This document shows, piece after piece, positions 56,765 to 63,218 of a DNA stretch of 63,218 nt. The stretch is from a virus (lineage: Duplodnaviria; Caudoviricetes). The number at the start of each line of letters is the position of its first letter. The stretch's first letter is position 1. The DNA lies in IMG/VR virus record IMGVR_UViG_3300046791_000289, positions 1 through 63,218 of that record; one strand, given 5' to 3'. Made by a program: the position numbers and the translations under genes. The notes under the pieces were generated by a model that saw only the letters and a program-made list of their open reading frames with translations, was not told where the DNA came from and made no database searches.

Positions 56765-56994
56765 GATGGTGTCCTCCCGTTCGTTGTGGTGTCGCGCCCA
56801 GCGCAGGCCGGGCAGAAGTCGAGATCGGCGCATGGACCCGAGCGCGTGACGCGCGGCCGCAGGCGCCAGCTCCAGCCGCGCCCGATCGCGATCCTGCGCG
56901 CCGCGGTGACGTTGCGGGCCTCGATCGCGATGTCGTGATCGCATCCGTCGCCATCGCAGCGCAGCACGATCGTGGTGATCGCGCGCCAGCTCAC
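56761..56994 (-). CDS. Small zinc-finger protein
   Basis: CDGDGC...AR..A...GW...DFCPAC. 4-nt overlaps. Confidence 0.7.
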   Translation of the reverse strand: MSWRAITTIVLRCDGDGCDHDIAIEARNVTAARRIAIGRGWSWRLRPRVTRSGPCADLDFCPACAGRDTTTNGRTPS

Positions 56995-57737
56995 GTCGGA
57001 TCCTTCGGGTCGCGCCAGTTGTAGAACGTCGGCGTGAGCATGCCGGGCGAGAGCGAAGCGATCTCGTCCATCGCTTCCGTGATCGCGCCCTCGATTCCAT
57101 CGAGTGACCACGAGGCATCACGGTCCGTCGCATCGGTCGCAGCCTGGCGGATCGCGACGAGCGCGCGGATCGCGATGCGGGCCACGGCCTTCGCCTGGCT
57201 CGCCGTGTTCCCCATCGTCGCCTCATGCATGATCGCCTTTGCCATCGGCGCGACGATCCGGGCCTCGTGCTCGAGGAGCTGGATCATCTTGGCGAACACG
57301 TTGGACGTGGCCTTGGCGCCCGCGATCGCCGCCTGCTTCCGGTTGCGGTCCGCGACGTGGAGACCGGGCAACGCGCCGGCGGCCTTGACGGCGATCTCCG
57401 CGGTCGCGCGCTTCGCGCGTAGCTCCTCGAGCCGCGCGCGGACCTCCGCGGCGCGCTCGTGGATCGCGGCGTCGACCGGCGCACGGCGCGGCCCGTGCGC
57501 GGGGAGTACCGTCACCGCGACCTCATCCGTCGAGCCGGCGTCTCGCTTCACGACGAGGATGATCCCGAGCGATGGGATCGATCGTTGTTCATCGCCAAGG
57601 ATCGTGCGCTCGCGGAGGGTGACGACGTCGCCGCCCGCGGCGGCCTCCTCGAGCGCGGCGCGCGCCTGGCGGGTCGACATCTCGGGGGCGTAGCGCTCGC
57701 GGTAGCGCTCGACGGCGTGGTGCGTGAAGGCGATCAC
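56991..57737 (-). CDS. Hypothetical protein with RelE-like (T.HA..RY.ER) N-terminal domain
   Basis: FTHHAVERYRER...VAVTVL then coiled coil. Confidence 0.6.
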   Translation of the reverse strand: MIAFTHHAVERYRERYAPEMSTRQARAALEEAAAGGDVVTLRERTILGDEQRSIPSLGIILVVKRDAGSTDEVAVTVLPAHGPRRAPVDAAIHERAAEVRARLEELRAKRATAEIAVKAAGALPGLHVADRNRKQAAIAGAKATSNVFAKMIQLLEHEARIVAPMAKAIMHEATMGNTASQAKAVARIAIRALVAIRQAATDATDRDASWSLDGIEGAITEAMDEIASLSPGMLTPTFYNWRDPKDPT

Positions 57738-59134
57738 GGCCGCACCGCCGGGAACTCCGCCCACTGCGAGCCGTCGAGGTAGGGCAACTCGATCACTCCG
57801 CCGCGCTTGCGCTTGGAGCCATCCTTCCCCGGGCCACGTGCCGGGAAATGGCGGATCCCGGCGAGTAGCCCGGCGGGCTGATCGTGGGGCGTTGGCTCAA
57901 CGGCCTGCTTCAGGAAGAACGGGACCGACTCGGCACCCGCCTGATCGCGGAGCGATCGCAGCCACGCCACATCGCACGCACGCGCGCCGGCGCCGCTCTC
58001 GCATCCCGCGATGATCCAGTCGAGCGTATCGGTCCCGTCCTCGCCGCACGGCACCGCGCACGGATCGAAGAACTCGGCGAGGTCGACCGGACCGAGGAGC
58101 GGCTCACACGAGATGAACCGGATCGCCGCCGGCGTCGCGAGGAGCGCGTTGACGCGCTCGCCCGCCGCGGCCTGGTTCTCGACAGAGACACCGAGCCAGA
58201 CGTTGGCGAGCGGCCACGTCGCCTGCGGTCCGCTCGCCTTGCGGCCGCGCGGGATCTTGAGGTTGAACGTCGCGGCGGCCTTCGCCGCGGCCTCGAGTAC
58301 GAACGCGAGGATCGCCGACGTGCACGGGCCGACGGTCTCGGCGATCCACGCGAACCACTCATGCATCCGCGCGGCGCGCTTGGTGAGGATCTGAAACGTG
58401 TGCCACGGCGCGGCCGCCATGACGCCGAACGCGATCGCGATCTCCTCGTTCGACAGGCGCTCGTGAAACATGTCGGACATCGAGTTGACGAAGATCCGGC
58501 GCGGCCGCGTCCAGCGCATCGGCTGAAAGATCGAGGTCGGGATCAGGCGGACCTCGCCATTCCAGCCGATCGGCACCTCCTCCGTGCCGCGGATCCCGAT
58601 CGATCGCAGCGTCGCCGCGTGCGGGCGCTCGCGCCGCCCGAACCGCACGAGGCCCGCGTACGGCTGGCCCGGCCCGCTGAAACGCTTCGCGATGCTCTCC
58701 GCGTAGCAGTGACGGCATCCCTCGGAGACCCGAGAGCAACCCCGGAAGAGGTTCCACGTCGCATCGGTCCACGAGATCCCGGTCTTGTCGCTCACGACGT
58801 GGGCTCCAGCGCGGCCGCGAGCGCGGATCTCGTAGGACTTGGTCCGATCGACGAGTTCGGCGACCCGCTCATGCGCATCCGCCAGCGCGATCCGGCCCTC
58901 CTCCGTGAGGAGGAATGCGCCAGCGTTCGCGATCGGCTTCATGAGGCCTCGACGAGCGAGGCCATTGGCCGCCGCCATCGTGGGGAAGGCAACCCATGCG
59001 ACGACTCCGCCGGACTTCCGGTGCCCCTTGGCGCCGGCGCTACAGAGGATCGACGACGGAACGGAGCCGTTCGGAGACTCCACGGCGGTGAGGAGGACGA
59101 AGATTTGGCTATCCGTGAGCCGTGACTTACTCAT
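57734..59134 (-). CDS. DUF5131 / Gp37Gp68 family protein with in-frame N-terminal extension (alternative start 58795)
   Basis: T.ISWTDATWN..GC..VS.GC.HCYA, IFVNSMSD.FH, HTFQILTKR, NVWLGVSVENQ, FISCEPLLG, W.I.G.ESG, FFLKQ. Confidence 0.9.
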   Translation of the reverse strand: MSKSRLTDSQIFVLLTAVESPNGSVPSSILCSAGAKGHRKSGGVVAWVAFPTMAAANGLARRGLMKPIANAGAFLLTEEGRIALADAHERVAELVDRTKSYEIRARGRAGAHVVSDKTGISWTDATWNLFRGCSRVSEGCRHCYAESIAKRFSGPGQPYAGLVRFGRRERPHAATLRSIGIRGTEEVPIGWNGEVRLIPTSIFQPMRWTRPRRIFVNSMSDMFHERLSNEEIAIAFGVMAAAPWHTFQILTKRAARMHEWFAWIAETVGPCTSAILAFVLEAAAKAAATFNLKIPRGRKASGPQATWPLANVWLGVSVENQAAAGERVNALLATPAAIRFISCEPLLGPVDLAEFFDPCAVPCGEDGTDTLDWIIAGCESGAGARACDVAWLRSLRDQAGAESVPFFLKQAVEPTPHDQPAGLLAGIRHFPARGPGKDGSKRKRGGVIELPYLDGSQWAEFPAVRP

Positions 59135-60222
59135 GGCCCATTCCCGGCCACGCACGAGGTCATGGCGCCAGCGACGTCACACTGACAGTTCGTCGGGGAC
59201 GAACACGTGAGCGGCCCGGCGCACACGTCGGAGCACCGCGGCTCCGCCAGGCACCGGGCATAGCTCGGGCGACACACGGTGTACTCGGTACCCCAGGGCG
59301 AGAGATCCTGGCCCACGCACGTCACCGCGCAGTCGCCCAGGATCTCCGCGTCGGCGGGCGGCGCCGCATCCGGGCGCGGCCGGGCGTCCGCGGGCCGGGC
59401 GTCCGCCGAGTTGGCGATCGCGTCGACTCCGCCGCCGTCGGGCCCAGCGACCGGACCGTCCTCGCCGACGCACGCGCCGAGCACGAGGAGGACGAGCGCG
59501 AGGACGGGGAGGAGCTTGCCGAGGAGGCGGCTCGGCGCTGGGCCGGGCGCCGGGATCGGGCCGACGTCGAGCCAGCTCGAGACCACGCCGTCGCGCGCGG
59601 CGGCGACGCCGACCAGCGCGTGCGCCTCGCCGAACACCTCGATCCGCCAGTCGACGCCCGCGGGGAGCGCGCGCGCGGCGCCGTCGGCCAGGAGGCGCGG
59701 GGCGGTGCTGCCGTCACCGATCAGGACGTCCGCGCCGCGGACCGTGTCCCCCTCGAGCGCATGCCAGGTCACGGACCATGCATCCGGGATCGGGTCGACG
59801 CGAGCGATCCCATACTGGACCGCGCCCGCCTTGGCCTCGATCCAGTCGGTGAACCAGCCCGATCCGTCGTGCTCGCCAGGCTCGGAGCGGAGACACGCGG
59901 CGGTCTCGACGAGCGCGCCGATGTGCCAGAGATCCTCGAGCGAGAGCGGACCAATCGCGGCGATCGCCGGCATGAGGGAGCCGCGGTCGAGCGCGGCCGC
60001 GAGCGCGCGCGCCTGGGCCTCCGTTCCGGCCCAGCGGCCCGCGCTGTCGTTCGCGACGACCAGCGCGAGCGGCACGAAATCGACGCCCCCGCGGGCCTCG
60101 ATCATCGTGACCTCGTGGCCGACCACGCCGGCCCGGGTGAGCGCGAGGGAGAGGACGTCATCCGCCGCGGGCGAGGCCGCGCCGGTGTGACTGAGATCGA
60201 CGAGAGCAGAGGTGGCGATCAT
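59131..60222 (-). CDS. Protein with internal hydrophobic helix/lipobox and Cys-rich C-terminal domain
   Basis: LLPVLALVLLVLGAC at about residue 251, Asp/Ala/Pro linker, 10 further Cys. Confidence 0.65.
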   Translation of the reverse strand: MIATSALVDLSHTGAASPAADDVLSLALTRAGVVGHEVTMIEARGGVDFVPLALVVANDSAGRWAGTEAQARALAAALDRGSLMPAIAAIGPLSLEDLWHIGALVETAACLRSEPGEHDGSGWFTDWIEAKAGAVQYGIARVDPIPDAWSVTWHALEGDTVRGADVLIGDGSTAPRLLADGAARALPAGVDWRIEVFGEAHALVGVAAARDGVVSSWLDVGPIPAPGPAPSRLLGKLLPVLALVLLVLGACVGEDGPVAGPDGGGVDAIANSADARPADARPRPDAAPPADAEILGDCAVTCVGQDLSPWGTEYTVCRPSYARCLAEPRCSDVCAGPLTCSSPTNCQCDVAGAMTSCVAGNGP

Positions 60223-60240
60223 GGCGGGTGCCTTTCGTGG

Positions 60241-60468
60241 CTAGCGCGCGCGACGAGTCGCTAGCGCGGTTCGGATGACGTTCGTGTGCGCCGCGAAAAT
60301 CGCGTTCGCCACGCCATCCCAATATGCGGCGCGATCCCCCTCCGAGTTCGAGGAGTTCCGGTTCGCGGCCGTCCAGGCGCCCCAGGCGCCGTGCTTCACA
60401 ACCATCGCGGAGGCCTTCGCGTCCTTAGCGGCGGTGGGGGTCTCGTTCGCGTTCGACATTCTCGACAT
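60241..60468 (-). CDS. Small hypothetical protein
   Basis: Directly behind promoter copy D. Confidence 0.6.
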   Translation of the reverse strand: MSRMSNANETPTAAKDAKASAMVVKHGAWGAWTAANRNSSNSEGDRAAYWDGVANAIFAAHTNVIRTALATRRAR

Positions 60469-60505
60469 GACTTATCATAGTCATCGCGCATGCCGAGTCA
60501 ACATG
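60466..60505 (-). promoter_or_regulatory. Leaderless promoter/operator cassette, copy D
   Basis: CATG-TTGACT-cggc-ATG...TATGAT-aagtc-ATG. 27-nt spacing. Confidence 0.7.
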
Positions 60506-60518
60506 AGAATCGCAGAAA

Positions 60519-60812
60519 TCAGTACGGGTAGGCACCCGCGACGACGAGGAGGGCGTGGCCATAGCCCGCCAGGTAGACCGGGTCACGGGACACCGGCGCG
60601 TGGAGGTGAGCGCTGGGCGTGTCGGCCAGGGAGCCGTGGAGCCGGCCCTCGCTGTAGCGGTGGTCGATGGCGCCGCGCAGGCGGAACGCGGCCTCGCTCA
60701 CCTCGGAGCGAATCTCGGGCGGGAGCGAGCTGGCCTGGCGGTCGATCTGCGCGGCCGTGTCCCACGCGCGGCGGCACTCGTCGACGATGTAGGCAGCGGA
60801 CTCGGCGGTCAT
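60519..60812 (-). CDS. Hypothetical protein
   Basis: ATGA overlap. GC3-rich frame. Confidence 0.65.
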   Translation of the reverse strand: MTAESAAYIVDECRRAWDTAAQIDRQASSLPPEIRSEVSEAAFRLRGAIDHRYSEGRLHGSLADTPSAHLHAPVSRDPVYLAGYGHALLVVAGAYPY

Positions 60813-60994
60813 GGTCGGATCCCGATCTCGCGCTTGGCGCGCGGGGCGAAGAGGTCGCGCGCGACGGCGCGTGGGCATTCGGTGGTGTAGGTCGTCGTCG
60901 CCACCGGCGCGCCGCCGACGGCGAGCCGCGCGGTGCGGGTGACGTAGCCAGCGCCGCCGCACGCGGGGCACGAGGCGTCACAGCGCGCGGTCAC
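60809..60994 (-). CDS. Small zinc-binding protein
   Basis: CDASCPACGG.G...ECP. Confidence 0.5.
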   Translation of the reverse strand: MTARCDASCPACGGAGYVTRTARLAVGGAPVATTTYTTECPRAVARDLFAPRAKREIGIRP

Positions 60995-61153
60995 CGGCGA
61001 CCGCCGAGCGCGCACGAGTCGTGGTCGGTCGCGCGCACCACGTAGTCGACCAGCTCGGAGAGCGAGGCGTCCGGGGCATCGCCCGAGACCAGGTCTACCG
61101 AGTAGAGCCGCGCACGGTGGCCCCATCGCGTCCTCTACCGTGTGCTCGCTCGC

Positions 61154-61196
61154 CATGACTGATTGATATCAGACTCAGGCATGGCGAGTCAACATG
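61154..61196 (-). promoter_or_regulatory. Leaderless promoter/operator cassette, copy E
   Basis: CATG-TTGACT-cgcc-ATG...gaTAtcaatcagtc-ATG. 30-nt spacing. Confidence 0.7.
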
Positions 61197-61220
61197 AGTC
61201 GCGCGTTAGTCTATCCTCCG

Positions 61221-61925
61221 CTACCCCTCGCCGCCCAGCTCCTCGCCATCGACCGAGGCCGCCACGGCGGTGCCAGCGACGTCCTCCAGCTCGATGGTCA
61301 CCAGCGCGTCATCGCCGACGCACGCGGTCGCGATCGCGTCGGCGAGGGCGTCGCCGGCGGCCTTGCCGAGCGCTCGCACGACGGCGACGAGCGAGCCGGA
61401 GAGCCAGTTGTCGAGGTCGCCCCACATGCCAAGCATTCCATCACGAGGATGCGGGCAGAGCGTGACCTCGCCGGCCACCTCGTCGCCGTCGTCGCCGATC
61501 CGCACCATCACGTCGTAGTCCATGGCGCCCACGGTCTCGACGCACATGGAGGGCGTCCCGAGCGAGGCCACGATATAGGCGGTGGCCGCGCCGACGCCGT
61601 CCGCGTCGCCAGGCGTGGCGCCATGCGCCTTGTAGCCGTCGGCACAGAACGCTTCCCACAAGTCGGTGAGCGACGAGAGCACGGCCTCGCTCAGGTCGTC
61701 ATCCCGCTCGCCGGCCGCGTCGTAGGCGTGCACGGCGTTCGCCCGGCCCTCCTCCACCTCCACCATGTAGCCGTCGTGCGCGTCGGCGATCGCGGCCTGG
61801 GCGTAGCTCGCCCAGCGCTCCGCTTCTGGAAAGTCGGTGCCCTCGTACGGCGTGACCGTGATGTTGATGTGCGCGGTGATGTGCGCGATGGCAGCGGATG
61901 CGGCGAAGTCGGGCGATGCGGTCAT
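61221..61925 (-). CDS. Highly acidic early protein
   Basis: GGAGA RBS. 234 aa, about 43 D/E versus about 8 K/R by hand count. Confidence 0.75.
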   Translation of the reverse strand: MTASPDFAASAAIAHITAHINITVTPYEGTDFPEAERWASYAQAAIADAHDGYMVEVEEGRANAVHAYDAAGERDDDLSEAVLSSLTDLWEAFCADGYKAHGATPGDADGVGAATAYIVASLGTPSMCVETVGAMDYDVMVRIGDDGDEVAGEVTLCPHPRDGMLGMWGDLDNWLSGSLVAVVRALGKAAGDALADAIATACVGDDALVTIELEDVAGTAVAASVDGEELGGEG

Positions 61926-61961
61926 GGGAAGGGTCTCCAGGAGATCGAGGTGCGAGAGGGA

Positions 61962-61979
61962 GGAGGCCTTGCGGCCTCC
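61962..61979 (-). other. GCAA-tetraloop hairpin in the early leader
   Basis: Minus strand GGAGGCC-GCAA-GGCCTCC. Confidence 0.55.
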
Positions 61980-62118
61980 GGGGAGAGGCGGCCGGGTCAC
62001 TCCGGCAGGGGGTTGTGGGTGGCGAGCGTGACGGTCTCGGCGCCCGCCGCGATGGCCCAGGCGGGTAGGTGCCATCGGCGAAGAGGGTGAGGGTGGCGGC
62101 GGAGTCGTTCGTGTTCGG

Positions 62119-62161
62119 CATGACCAATACGTACGACGAAACGTCATACGTGGTCAATATG
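62119..62161 (-). promoter_or_regulatory. Leaderless promoter/operator cassette, copy F
   Basis: CATA-TTGACC-acgt-ATG...cgTAcgtattggtc-ATG. 30-nt spacing. Confidence 0.7.
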
Positions 62162-62167
62162 AGAGTT

Positions 62168-62226
62168 GCCGAATTCGTAGAATTCGGCCCTGGCCTCGCG
62201 CCGGGGGCGTAGCCGCGAGGCCAGGG
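62168..62226 (-). terminator. Two adjacent hairpins after the junction-spanning gene
   Basis: CCCTGGCCTCGCG / CGCGAGGCCAGGG (13 bp) and GCCGAATTC-gta-GAATTCGGC. Confidence 0.55.
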
Positions 62227-62237
62227 TCGGCGGTTGG

Positions 62238-63071
62238 CTAGCGCGCCAGCTCCTCGAAGATGAGGGCGAACCGCTGCGAGATGTCCGAGGCCACGCCGTC
62301 GAGCGAGGCGATCGCGGCCTGGACGCGGGCGCGGACGTCGCCCAGGACATCGGCGCCGAGCACGGCGGCGAACGAGACGATCCGCTCCCGGACGGTCTCC
62401 AGGCGGGTCTGGAGGTTCGTCGCGATCTTGTCGCCGAGCGGCTTCCCGGCGGCGGCGGCCTCGAGTTGGGCGGCCTGGAGATCGCCCAGGACCGCGGCGG
62501 CCTCGCCGACGAGCGAGCCGGCGAGCGAGGCCCGGAGCTTGCCCGAGTTCGTGAGCGGGATCGCGGGGACCATCCAAGCCGTGCCCCAGCCGCGGGAGAG
62601 GACGGTACACAGCGCCTCCGCGGCGTCGACGTGCTCCGACGGCACGAACCACGACCCGCCCAGCTTCACGCCGCGCCACGTCGTGCGGACCACGCCGGCG
62701 AGCCAGTCGGTCACCTCCGCCGCGGTGAAGATCTCCGAGGCGACGCGGCGAGCGAAGGCGTCGCGGGTGACCCGCGACAACTCGATCGAGTCGCCGTCGG
62801 TCTCGCCATGGGCGATGGTGAGCACGCCGGTCGCGTCGAGGTCGGCGACCATCGCGACGGAGCCCGCGCTCTCGCCCACGCCGGCCTTGGTCGTGACGCG
62901 CGCGATGTTCCACCGCGCGCGCCAGGTCTCGAGCGCCTTGCGCTCCGACACCGGGATCGCGCGGACCACGTAGCCGTCGAGGTTCAGGCGGTTGAGAACG
63001 TGGCCGGCCTGGGCGTGCGCGGTGCGCGCCTTGGGGGCGAGCTTGGCGTCGAGCCCGGCGGCCGCGAGGGT
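62238..63071 (-). CDS. C-terminal part of the junction-spanning protein, DUF6744-like
   Basis: GLVSWS...L..AGLD...P and GGSWFVP resemble DUF6744 family motifs (recalled, not searched). Helical C-terminus. Confidence 0.6.
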   Translation of the reverse strand, partial: TLAAAGLDAKLAPKARTAHAQAGHVLNRLNLDGYVVRAIPVSERKALETWRARWNIARVTTKAGVGESAGSVAMVADLDATGVLTIAHGETDGDSIELSRVTRDAFARRVASEIFTAAEVTDWLAGVVRTTWRGVKLGGSWFVPSEHVDAAEALCTVLSRGWGTAWMVPAIPLTNSGKLRASLAGSLVGEAAAVLGDLQAAQLEAAAAGKPLGDKIATNLQTRLETVRERIVSFAAVLGADVLGDVRARVQAAIASLDGVASDISQRFALIFEELAR

Positions 63072-63218
63072 CTCCAGGATCTGGCCGCGGGTGAGCGAGC
63101 CCAGGCCAGACCAGGACACGAGCCCGCCGATCGCGCCCTCCTGGACGCCGGCGATGAGCTGGCCGTGGGTGAGGTACTCAACGCCGGCCGCCGTCGGGGC
63201 GGCGCCGGGCGCGCGCCG
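63072..63218. repeat. Terminal direct repeat, copy 2
   Basis: Direct match to 1-147. Mismatches occur only in the last 21 nt. Confidence 0.95.

Noticed and set aside
94-63181. Hundreds of long Arg/Pro/Ala-rich alternative-frame and antisense ORFs (e.g. 47185..51369 -, 40295..42013 -, 26514..28253 -)
   Set aside because: Shadow ORFs expected in high-GC DNA. They overlap well-supported genes and show no motifs.
63198-63218. Three mismatches between the terminal repeat copies as possible diversification
   Set aside because: Confined to the last 21 nt of the contig, so most simply low-quality end sequence.
1-63218. Abundant CGATCG/GCGATCGC resembling cyanobacterial HIP1
   Set aside because: Plausibly produced by GCG-ATC-GCN codon usage. 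It cannot be claimed without a codon-preserving shuffle test.

Overview
The window looks like one essentially complete, very GC-rich tailed (siphovirus-type) phage genome of about 63.07 kb. Bases 63072-63218 repeat bases 1-147, which indicates a circular-assembly overlap, and one gene runs across that junction. Layout: (1) a leftward early arm (63071 to 56156 and 7120 to 1) with small hypotheticals, a DUF5131/Gp37Gp68 protein, RecT-like annealase, PD-(D/E)XK exonuclease, J-domain protein, SbcC-like ATPase and Nudix hydrolase; (2) a rightward middle arm (7209-24504) with two XRE HTH regulators, replication initiator and loader, N6-adenine methyltransferase, PP-loop protein, RusA, DUF1643 and an NDT-like protein; (3) a morphogenesis arm (24554-52734) from terminase to tail tip; (4) a split lysis region (52821-55972) with membrane proteins, overlapping spanins and an NlpC/P60-like endolysin. 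The spanins and a Cys-rich lipoprotein-like module suggest a diderm, possibly myxobacterial, host (inference). I recognised no integrase, CRISPR array, tRNA or reverse transcriptase. The most notable unexplained structure is: a six-copy leaderless promoter whose -35 box sits inside a CAT-N11-ATG palindrome; a 172-nt multi-stem RNA-like element at the convergence of the late and early arms; a twice-repeated cassette of payload protein, paralogous adaptor and core tail protein with a Leu/Pro N-terminal tag; paired palindromes at the head promoter; and a long-range anti-Shine-Dalgarno leader before the tail chaperone. All family calls come from motif recognition by eye, not database searches.
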